Positions 25,345 to 35,480 of a stretch of 41,435 nt of DNA are shown in pieces (the first letter of the stretch is position 1; every line of letters begins with the position of its first letter). A program made the position numbers and the translations under genes. This DNA is from Fonticula-like sp. SCN 57-25 (lineage: Eukaryota), in contig MEDX01000027.1 in the NCBI GenBank assembly GCA_001724245.1, forward strand, positions 1-41,435. Reading direction: 5' to 3'. The notes beneath the pieces were generated by a model that was not told where the DNA came from, did not search any database, and saw only the letters and a program-made list of their open reading frames with translations.

Positions 25345-28188
25345 CTACTCTTCAGCAATCGTGCTGGTCTGGACGCCCGACGCCGCCGCGACAGGCTCCT
25401 CTTCCGAGTGCAGCGGCGCGTTGCTCTGAATGCTTGCGCGCCTGTGCACCTGCAGCTTGAGGCTTTCGACGTCGTCCTTGAGCTCGCTGAACCGCTCGTC
25501 CTCCTCGACCGCCTCCTCGTACGACTCGAGCAGCTCAGAGAGCACCGCCTGCTCGCGCTGCGCATGCATAAACGTCAGCACTGGGCCCCACGAGTGTGGG
25601 ACAGCACGCACCTGAATTTCCTGGGACATGGTGTCGCCAAAGAATTTGTTGAGCTTGTTGATCTTCTTGAGCCGTACCGTCTTGACCTTGTCGCTCTCCG
25701 CTTCGGTCGCCGGCGGCGGGTACGTGGCGTCGACGTCGGCCATAAAATCGATGAGCTGCTCGAGGTCGGACTCGATGTCGTGCTCGAGGAGGAAGGTGAG
25801 CATCTTGAGCACCTTCTTGTTCCTCACGGGCCACGGGTCGTCCTGGTTGATGATGAGCTCGCGCGGAGGCATCTGGCCAAACACGCGCTCGAGCTTGTTC
25901 ATCCTGCGCTGCTGCTGCCTCCTGTCGTCGCCGGCGAGCGCGACGGTGGCCGCCACCGCATCCTGCGGGTCGTCCACGATGCCTTGCGCCATCAGCTCCT
26001 GCGCGGCCAGGCGCTCGCCCAAAAAGTTTTGCAGCTTGGACAGCCTGCGCTGGCGGTACTCCTTGGTCAGACGCTCCTGCTCAAGGGCGTCCATGGACGA
26101 CGACCGCGAGCGGGCCGCCACCAGGCGCTGCAGGTCCTCAACGGATGGGTGACGCAGCGAAGGCGACATGGGCGCCGCGATGGAGGCGTCCGCGTCGCTC
26201 TCAGTCGACCGGCCAAACTTGCCGAGGTCCACCGAGTTCAGCCAGCCCTTGATGCGCTGCGTGCCGTTGGACAGCGCGCTCGAGCTAGGAAAAGAAAACA
26301 AAGGCGCAAATGAGCCACGCGCCGTTGGGCAATGCTAGAGGAAAGCGTGCGTACCCAGTCGCCTTGCCCTGGACGGGGACGCGCTCCTCGCCGATCGGCT
26401 GGCCGAGAATGTCCTGCAGCTTGCGCGTGCGCCTCGTCATCGTCTTCTTCTCGTCCGACGTGAGCTCGTTGGTCGTCGGCGGCAGCTCCTCGAGGTCCTC
26501 CGACGAGTCGACCGGGACCGCAACGCCCGTCACGAGGCGCTGGCCGGCGAGCTGCGGCGTAGGAAGACGGTCGCCAAAGAACTCGCCAAGCTTGTCCGCC
26601 TTGCGCTTCTTGGCCGACGGGGCGCCATGCTCGGCCGCCGCGTCGACGTCGCCCTCGTCGCCCTCCGACATATCCACGTCGCCCGCGGCGGGCGCGTCTT
26701 CGAGATCAACGTCCGTGGGGAGGTGCTCGCGGCTGCGCTGCAGCTCCATGTGCGCCTCGCTCGGGCGGTCCCCAAAGAACTTGATCAACTTCTTCTCTTT
26801 TTGGAAGCGCAGGCGACGCTGCTGAGAAGCGAGCTGCTCCTTGGCCTCGCTGTAGTCGCCGCTCGCAATGCTGCAAAAGGAGAAAAGGAACAAATATAAG
26901 AGTGAGTGCCGGCCTACGTGGTGCCCGAATCTGCGCACTCTTGGTCGACGGCGTCGCGCAGCCAGTAGCGCTTGACGGCCTTTGAAAGAGTGGCGTGGCG
27001 GTCCGGCTTTTCTTCGGCAGCCGCGGGCTGCTCCGGCGTAATGCGCGAGGCGAAAAAGGCGCCAATGTTTTCCGTTTGCGTGCAATCGGCAGCACCCACA
27101 TCTGGCGGCACACGTCAGCAGGCAGGTGGCGTACTTAAAAAGGGACGCCGTACCGGCATTCTTGGCCGCCTCGTACTCGCGGAATTTGCTGCTCTGGAGG
27201 AACCGCTTGAACGAGTGCGCCTTGAGCATCGTCTGGATGTGCGCCTGCGCGTCGTCATACATGTCGACAGCCGCGGACTCTACGGGATACGTAATCGCGT
27301 TGCTGTGGAAGGGCAGTGGTCAGACAGAGGCGTGATAAAGCAAGTTTTTTGCGCACCGGACGTCCTGCTCGAGATTGAGGCCCAGAGGGGCGTCCTCCGC
27401 GAGGAAATGAAGGTAGATGCGCTGCGCAAACTCAAGACGCCTGGCATCCTTGCTCTGCGCCAGAGCGCGGAAAGTCTCGACATCAAGCCAGAAGAGGAGA
27501 TCTTCAAGCGCATACTCGCTGGTGCAAAAGTCCTGCTCGCACAAAACACGCGAATCAGTACAAAGGCGCGGGAGCAGATCGCGGCGCACCCTAAAGTAAG
27601 TTAGGCACATGCGGTTGTGCATGGCGTTGATAAAGTCGGCATCCGAGATGTGAGTCACTTCCTCCACCTCTGCAAGCGAAGAGAGGGTTGACGAAGACTT
27701 GATCGCGAGCTCGTCAAGCTGCATCGCGACGGCATTGCTGGCATCTGCACCCACAGAGTAAGCATCGAAACCATGCGATCGTGGTCCGTTGCCGCACCGT
27801 CGCTGCGATCCTCTTCCGAGACGGCGATCACAGTAGCTCCCGTCACGATAAGGCTGCCGATCTCTTCAGAAAAGCTTAGCGGCACGCTCTCCTCGTCCAT
27901 AAAGAGGCAGCAGTGGATGGCCGGCTTGTCACTGTTTAAAACATCATGCCCATGTTAGGTCGGCATTTGCGGCGCAGCCATGCGGGCGTACGGGTTCTGC
28001 TCCTTATACACGGCCTCTACGTGGCGTGCAAGCTGCTCAACCGTGCGCGAGGCGTTCACCTCCGCGGTCAGAACGACCTGCTCCACTAGCACGTTGACGG
28101 TGAGCACGGGGCTGCGTGCGTCCACCTCAAGGCGCTGCGGCTTCCGGAAATACCGGGCCGAGTTGCGCCGGCCAAGCGAAGTCGCCAT
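25345..28188 (-). CDS. RGS-domain protein with a possible N-terminal ubiquitin-like fold and six C-terminal KLxx(F/I/V)(F/L)G repeats, multi-exon
   Basis: RGS core FC.SEYALEDLLFWLDVETFR..AQRIYLHFLAEDAPLGLNL..MYDDAQAHIQTML..SFKRFLQSSKF. Repeats KLIKFFGDRP, KLGEFFGDRLP, KLQDILGQP, KLQNFLGERL, KLERVFGQMPP and KLNKFFGD. Confidence 0.8.
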
Positions 28189-28399
28189 TTCTTTAAACAA
28201 GGGAAAGCACAAATGGATAGGATATTTTATGCGGCGATGCGACACAAAAAGCAAGGGAGAAAAACGGGGGCCGGCCGAAACACGGGAGCGGGAGAGGTTA
28301 AGTGGGTGCGGCCGCGGCGTTCGCGTCGACCCACCCGATCGCGGGATACAACCAATGAAAAGTAATGAGGCGTAAATTGGACCAATCATAGACGGCCAA

Positions 28400-29142
28400 T
28401 CAATAGACATCATCAATCAATGAACGCATGCCTTTCTGGAGCAGGAGTGTGTCACGGCGTTCATCGCGGACGGCCAGCAGCTTGCCCCGTGCGCCGCGCA
28501 GCTCCTTGGTGATGCTGGCTTGAAGGCCGACGATGTCCGACTTGCGGCGCTCGTTCAGGTCTTCGAGATCCTTCCACATGGAGGCCTCGATCGCGCGCGA
28601 CTGCTTGTTGATCTGCTCCATCTTGGCCACGATGGCGCCGCACGTCTGCTGGTAGGTCTGCTGAAGCGCGCGAAGCCTCTCGATTTCCTTGTCATACTCG
28701 CTCTGTCGCTCTGCGAATTGCTTCTGATAGGACTGCACGCGCTGCTCAAAGCCCTGCTGAAAGGCGCTCAAATGGTTGCCCAGCTGCTCTGCTCGGTCAA
28801 AACAGATACCACACTCGTTAGAACCGCGCTCTCAGAGCAGATAGAAGCATGCACCGCACCATTTGCGTTTGACATGATGTTGTCGGTCATTTCGTTGAGC
28901 TTGCGCTTCCTGCTGTCCATCCGGGTCGACAGACGCTCGCTAATGAGCCCCAGCAGCGACTGAATGTCGTCACGCCCGTCTCCGGACGGCGACTGCGGAC
29001 GCGGCGTCCGCTCCGCCTGTGGAAGCTCATTCTCAAAGTCAAACTCGTCATGCACCGCGCTTATCTTGGTCTTTGACGCGGGCGTTTTGGTGGCGAGAGC
29101 ATTCCCGCGCTTGTTAACCGAGGCGGGCTTGAGCGGCGCCAT
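28400..29142 (-). CDS. SYCP3/Cor1-like coiled-coil protein (~223 aa; intron 28789-28859)
   Basis: Spliced product: disordered N-terminus with EFDFENE, then DIQSLLGLISERLSTRMDSRKRKLNEMTDNIMSNANEQL, a Q-rich coiled coil, and the end GLQASITKELRGARGKLL..LLLQKGMRSLI. Size and motif order match SYCP3. Confidence 0.7.
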
Positions 29143-29851
29143 TCACGTAGCGGTCGGCCGTTGCGCGCCGACAAGAGGAAAGAAAAATGCGCGCCCCTTT
29201 TGCGTCCGTACGCGCGTTTGGGGAAAAGAAGCCCAAAATGAATATTGAGCCGAATTCAAATTGGGCAGCTCACGCAGTCGATGGGGGCCGCGATATGCAG
29301 AGTTCCATGCAGTGTTCATATACAGGGCAACACCTAGAGAGGACATTACACCTCAGTAAGCAGACATGATGCGTGCATGCATGTGCTCTTGCTCTTGCTT
29401 GCTTGCACTTTTTATTAAGAGTTTTTCGGCGATTGCTATTTGGGTCCCTGGGAATGCATTCCAAGCTGCAAACTGCAAACTTCCGATCTTATGTCAGATC
29501 CGCGTAACAACCCAGATTGGTCAATAGTAAAAGTCCAAGGAACCGCTAATAAGAATCGAGTAAAATTAAACGGTCCAATCTGGTCGTTTACACGAATTGC
29601 TCTTGTTTTCCCTTGATCCCCTTTCCATTCGATACATTTTTTTCCCTTTTTTCAAACTTACCTCGGCTCGTTGTGTTTGGTCAGGTGCGCACTGAAAGGC
29701 AAAGAGGGCTAGCCAGCGAAAGGCGGTGGGTAGGGTGACGCGCTGCCGCTGTATGCTTGTGGTAGTTGTAGCTTTCTTTTTTTGCTGCTTAATTTGGCTG
29801 TATTTTTTGGCTAATCTTGTTGGTCTTTGTAGGTTTTTTTGCAAAGCAGCC

Positions 29852-30554
29852 ATGGACAAGATCAAGGAGAAGATGAACCAGCTCCGCCTGGAGGCGGATC
29901 GCAACCTCGACCGCGCTCAGGAGGCTGAGGAGAAGTCCAAGGTCATGGAGGAGAAGGTCCGCAGCTCGGAGAACGAGATGCAGAGCCTCCGCAACAAGAT
30001 CAAGCTCCTTGAGCAGGTGCGTTGACCAACCTATGATCGCTGTTTTTCTTTTCGAATTATTGTGAATCCGATACTGCTATGAGTTGTTATGCATTTGTGT
30101 ATATGCCTGTGCCTCGTTTCTCCTGTATCCTCTAGACTCGTATGCTTTGGCTGACTCGTATATCTTTTTGTAGGAGCTTGACCGTGCCGAGGACCGCATT
30201 GCCGACTCCAAGGCCCAGGCCGCCCGCAGCGACAGCGCTGGTACGTTTCGCATTTTTTCCCATGTGGGCCGTGTCCGGCGTGCCTAATACCATCGTTTAG
30301 GCCGCGACTCTGAGGCTCTTCTGCGCAAGATCGCCCTCCTCGAGAAGGACCTCGACATTGCCGAGGAGGCCCTCAAGGAGAAGACCGATCTCTACCGCGC
30401 TGCTGAGCTCAAGGCCGAGACCTTCGAGCGCAAGTCGCGCATCCTCGAGCAGGAGCGTGACGACCTCGAGCAGGAGCTTGAGGAGAAGCTTGCCGAGCTC
30501 AAGAAGGCCAAGGCTGACCTCGAGGAGACTCTTTCGAACCTCGACAGCATCTAA
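29852..30554 (+). CDS. TPM: Tropomyosin, short 161-aa fungal type (exons 29852-30016, 30174-30240, 30301-30554)
   Basis: MDKIKEKMNQLRLEAD N-terminus and a continuous heptad coiled coil. Exons sum to 486 nt, i.e. 161 aa plus stop. A probable 5'UTR intron lies at 29685-29832. Confidence 0.95.
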
Positions 30555-31385
30555 ACAAAATAGTTTGTGTGTGTTGTGTGTGAGTGTGAGTTATTTGTTG
30601 ATCAAATGCAGCCCTTTTTCCACTATTTCGTATGTGTTTCGTTCACACTGAGCCGACTGAAAATGCGGGAGGAACACACGGTATACCGGACTTTTTTGGA
30701 GGGCGGCTCCTTCACAGTCAGGAGACGCGCGCCTGGCGGCGTTCTAGCGTGCGACGACTCTCGGATTCTGCGACCTGCGGCGACTCGCGGTCAGCTAAAG
30801 TCAACGTTGGTTTGGCAAAGGTTGGCGAATGCCCTAATATTGACCAGCTCCGCAACGCTCTTGCGACTTGAAAAAATTGCCTACCCTGTCGCTGTGCGGG
30901 GGTGTACATTTTAGCTGACCTGCGTGCAATGCGGCCAGCTCTGAACCAGACAAACGGGAAGGACCACGTTGACTAGTGAACGACTATGTACATTCACAAA
31001 GAACTTGAGTGATCCAACGCTAGCCTCCACATGAATCCACGTGCCTTTTGAAGCACCATGCCATTTCGATATTCGTGACAATGCTCTTGCGTGCGCACAA
31101 ACCGTTTCGCCCCACTGGCAGCGGCCCCACAGTCGAAGGACCGCTTGCATCAACAAGATGCGTGATCCGGCTACAGAATGGCAAAAATCGCCAAACCTAG
31201 TGAGTTCATTGTGACAAAAATCTCGTTGTAGTTTTTTGATGCGGGTGAAAGTACGCCGTGGTGGGGTTCTCTTCGAGTCGGGGCACGATGCCTGTCGCCT
31301 TCTGCCCCGCTGGACTGTTTCCCGCCAAGTGCAGCGGAAATGGCGGACCGTGATGGGTTCAAGAAGCATAAATCGCCGATTCTTA

Positions 31386-31464
31386 GTTTGTATGGCCGAG
31401 TGGTTAAGGCGCTGGAGTTAGGATCCAGTGTGAAAGCGCCCGGGTTCGATCCCCGGTACCCTCA
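31386..31464 (+). tRNA. tRNA-Leu(TAG) with a mismatched acceptor stem (edited tRNA, tRNA-like element or pseudogene)
   Basis: D arm GCCGAGTGGTTAAGGC; anticodon arm CTGGA-GTTAGGA-TCCAG (TAG at 31419-31421); variable arm with a GAAA loop; T arm CCGGG-TTCGATC-CCCGG; discriminator A; T-run at 31472-31477. Acceptor strands GTTTGTA/TACCCTC mispair at positions 2-4. Confidence 0.8.
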
Positions 31465-31669
31465 CTATCTATTTTTTGTCTTTTTGATGCATTTCCCTCT
31501 TTCATTTTTGTCTTTCTGGTGAACAGTCGAAAGCAACCCAGTTTGTTACTTGAAGCGTTGAATGCATTGCAAAAACAAGGATGGAAAATGATGAAGTACT
31601 ACAAAATACCAATACACCTAGATGAACTCGTACAGACGACTGACGCCTATACCCGCTGTCACTGAACCC

Positions 31670-33587
31670 TCAAATCATCATTGGCTCCTCTCGCCTCCGC
31701 CTACTGCTGCTGGCCATCCCAGGCTCGTCGTCATTGGCGTCCTCCCCCGCTGCGGGCTTCTTGCCCTTCTTCTTCTTCTTCTTGGCGCGGTTGACGTCAT
31801 AGGTTGGAGCCGGTGGCAGCGAGGTCGACTGCAACAGGTTGGTGGTCGACGTCGGCACTGCGCCGTCGTCGAGCATGTCGCTCAGCGAGCGCACAATGCT
31901 GTCCTCGTAGGTGACCGTATCAATATCAGGAACGATATTTGAAGGCGTCTCCGGCACAGCCTCGGTCGCAACAGCGGCGCTCTTCTTCTTCTTCTTCTTC
32001 TTGGCCGCGCCTGCATCACTGCCCTCGGTCGCCTCCTGGAACGCGCGAGCAGCAGCGCGCGCCTTTCTCCTCTCCCGCCGCAGGCGCCGCTCCTCGGCGG
32101 ACTCGCGCTGCCTCGCCGCACTCGTGAGCGGGTCCTCGGAGCTCGCCGGGCCTGCACTGATATCCAACTCGTCCTGCGACATTTCCGACTCTGTGCCATA
32201 GTCGAGCTCCTCCTCGTCCGCCGCACGCGGGACCGTGTCATTGAGCGGAGCAACCTCGACGTGGCTGTCCAGAGGCGCATCAACTTGGCCAAAGGTCGCG
32301 ATGGGGAAGTCAAAGGCGGGCCGCGGGACCGGTGCGCCCGTTGAGCGGTACACGAGCGACGCGTTGACCATCTCGGTTCCACCTTGGGGCGCGGCAACCA
32401 CGGGGACCACCTGCTCGGCCACCTCGTCCGTCACTGGCGGGCTGTGGGACACAATCTGCTCCATCGTGAGGTCGCGCTCGGGCTCCTCGCCAATGCGGAT
32501 CTGGAGCAGCGCGTGGAAAGGCTGCCGGCAAATGGGGCACCTGTTGCTCTGGAAGCGGAGCTGCTCGGCGCACTGGCTGCACAGGCACATGTGGCGGCAC
32601 GGGAGGACCACCGTGTCCTTGGTGTCCGACATGCAAACAACGCACTCGCGCATGTTTTCCTCCGCGTCGTCCGACAGCGAGCCGCCGCCCTCCAGCACCT
32701 GGTCAATGCCATAAATCTCCTGCAGCACGTACGAAACGCCATCCACCATAATCTTTTGCTTCAGGACACGGATGCTCCATGACCCGTCCGACTGCGGAAC
32801 AAGTGTCGCAAAGGTCGACTGCGACTGGACGCGGATCGGAGTCAGGGACGCCAAGCTCTCGTCAAACACTGGCAAACGAAAGACTGGTCAGCGCAAAGCG
32901 AAAGAAAGCGCGGGTGCCCGTACCGGGATGCGCCTCGACGAGGATCACGACGGGGAAAATGCCGAGGACGTGGCGCTCGTCGTCCACATTCAGGTCCGCC
33001 GCGGAAAAGGCCGACGTGTCCAGCAGCCTGCTATCGTCCAGGGAAAACGACTGGCCAAGCTTGGCCGGGAACTCGGACCCCAGCTGGCACAACGACTCGT
33101 AGCGCGAAACGTACTTTGCATTCAGATCCGCGTCAACCATCTCGGAGGCGCAATAATAAATATTGACGGTGCACGGCGCCTCGGCATCCAGCTTGAAGCT
33201 GAGGCGGTACTTGCTCGACTCGCCAACGCGCTCCATCCGCACGCTGCTCCGCTTCACGTTGACGTAGCTCTTGATCGTCGTCGTGCGCTGATACTCGGAG
33301 GTAGGCTGCAAATTCTACAAACGCATTAAAATGGTTAGACGTATGTTATGCCCATTCGCTTCCTGTGTGCGCACCATGCGAGCGAGACCGAGATGCCCCA
33401 GGGGTACAGCGCTGCCTTCAAACAAGACGTCGGCTTCCAAATTCAAGCGCTGCCCGTTCGGCGAAATGGGCGGACCAAAGTAGAGGCTCTGGCGGCGTGA
33501 AGGGTTCTGGGCATCGTCTCCCCCGCCCCACGCCATCTCAACCTCTCCTTCCTCCTCGCCCGCCTCGCGCGACGACGACTGACCCAT
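31670..33587 (-). CDS. MGRN1/RNF157/LOG2-type RING E3 ligase, 3 exons
   Basis: N-myristoylation-type start MGQSSS; TTTIKSYVNVKRSS; VLKQKIMVDGVSYVLQEIYGI; RING CVVCMSDTKDTVVLPCRHMCLCSQCAEQLRFQSNRCPICR. Confidence 0.93.
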
Positions 33588-33765
33588 CGACGGCGCTCTT
33601 TCGAAAGGAGGCGATTTGATTAGCGGCTGATTTGTTGATGACAAGACAAACATAGACCGCCTCTGGGTAGTCATAAACATATACACCCAGTACGTAAACG
33701 GGGGGTGCCACCACGTATTTCACCCACCATCGGACCCGCGGGATCGCGTCGCACGTCAGCAAGCC

Positions 33766-33990
33766 ATGGGCAAGCCGATCCTCGAGGTGGCCAAGTTTGG
33801 CCTTTATCTCGCTGTGCCGATCAGTATCGGCTACATGTGTAGCCTTCCCAGCTACGTTGAGTCGGCATTGGAACTGTACCGCCCGGAGGAGAACTACCGC
33901 GTGCCGACCACCAAGGACGATCTCGCGAGCGAGCTCGCAAAGTTCCGCGCGGATGCTGCTGGGTACCAGCCGCCAACGCTGAAACGCTGA
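33766..33990 (+). CDS. PET100: Cytochrome c oxidase assembly factor Pet100-like
   Basis: 74 aa with LEVAKFGLYLAVPI (Pet100 N-terminal TM motif) followed by P.T...L..EL. Confidence 0.75.
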   Translation: MGKPILEVAKFGLYLAVPISIGYMCSLPSYVESALELYRPEENYRVPTTKDDLASELAKFRADAAGYQPPTLKR

Positions 33991-34138
33991 GAATGCGAAT
34001 GGTCAAGAACGCACGCTGTGACTGCTCGGCCTTCTAGTGTTTGTATAGTATTATTATTACGTCCCTTTTAGAGTGTGTATATACAGTCATCATCGTCATG
34101 AAATGCCCTCGCTACCAAAACTGCCCACAGCTCGCTGC

Positions 34139-35480
34139 CTAGTTGCCATCGGCCGCGGAGGCGGCGGAGGCGGAGGCAGCCGGCCTGTACACCGTGGCCA
34201 GCCGGTCAAGGAAGCTCATCAACATCTGGCTTCCGCCGAGCTCATCAATCATGCGGCGCGCGCGCGCCTCGACCTCGACAAGGAAGTTGAGCGTGTACTC
34301 GAAGCTTCCCGTGCGACGAATGCAGTCGACGGCGTACTGCAGCACGTCGTGGTCCGTCGTCTTCTTCTTCAAAATATCTGAAATTACAAGTTTAGCGCGC
34401 CGGCAAAGCGACCAGCTCTGCGCCCGTACTGAGGAGCTGGTTCGAGTTGACAGAAGACCTCACAGAATGAATGACCAAAAAAGACATCTTGCCCTCCGTG
34501 ATGTCCTCGCAGAACCCCTTCTCCTTCATGTACTGCGCGGCATGCGTCAGGCTGCGCTGCTAGAGAGCATAGGTGGGGCGTACGTCACTCGAATGCAAAT
34601 TGATGTAGTCGTCGCGAACCTGAAAGTGGATGCCCAGCGTCTCCGCCAGCGAAATAAAATTGCTAGCATGTCGGTCAGCACACGCCCTAGCGGCATGAAG
34701 CAACGCACCTGTTGTTGGCGCTGAACGTCTGCATCAACTTGACCGCAAGGCGCAGCAAGCCGCCCGTCTCTAGAAACGGGCATGGTTAATTGCCAAAACA
34801 CAATGGTGAAAAGAAGAACGCACTATAGTTGATCATGTGAAGATACTCCTCCTCCGTCGGGCAGATATTGTTGTCGCGCCAATGAAGGTCCATGCCCTGG
34901 CCGCGGTGGAGGTTGCACAGCTCCTCTGTCAGGATGCGACCATCGTCAGCAAGCACACCTCGCGTCAAGACGGGCGCGTACCGGAATAAATCTCGACGCA
35001 GCGAGGATCCTTCAAAAGCAACACCTTCTGAAGTGCCAAAAAGTAGACGTAATTGGCGCAGTTGATCGTCATCGCGACACCGTAAATGCGATGCGCGACT
35101 GCGGACAGACTGTCAGACTGTGCAAGCGGGGTAACCAACGAGAATGCGCACCGGGAACGCCGCGGCGCAGCATCGAGTCGTCCTCAATATCGTCGATCAG
35201 CAGACTGGCATTGTGCAGCATCTCAGTAATGTCCTTGATGATCGCAAGCTTGTCCTCGGGGACGCGCATCCACTGGTTGAACGCCTCGATAAGGCTCGTG
35301 CGGATGTTCTTGCCGGGATGCTCCAAAAGGTAGTGATAGGGCTCCAAAAGTGTCTACAAATGGATATAAACAAAGTGGTTAGAAATGGCCCGCGCAGCGA
35401 CACTAGGCGGGCCGTACAGCGTCCATACGCTCGTTGAGAGCGCCCTCGGCTGAGGTGCGCCGCGATCCGACGCCAGCCAT
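34139..35480 (-). CDS. GGPS1: Geranylgeranyl pyrophosphate synthase (type III), 8 exons
   Basis: [54 protein letters not shown] and FCEDITEGK; all seven introns are GT-AG and restore the frame. Confidence 0.96.

Noticed and set aside
30688-30735. GGACTTTTTTGGAGGG followed by a stem, resembling the U2 snRNA Sm-site region
   Set aside because: No upstream GTGTAGTA branch-recognition sequence or U2 5' stem.
30911-31369. 152-aa minus-strand ORF and 115-aa plus-strand ORF (30567-30914) in the tropomyosin-tRNA gap
   Set aside because: They show no family motifs and lack the codon bias of neighbouring genes; base-pairing potential explains the region better.
31765-32002. (TTC)n microsatellites, also near 6848-6888
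   Set aside because: They encode poly-Lys or poly-Glu tracts within coding exons and are not independent repeat elements.
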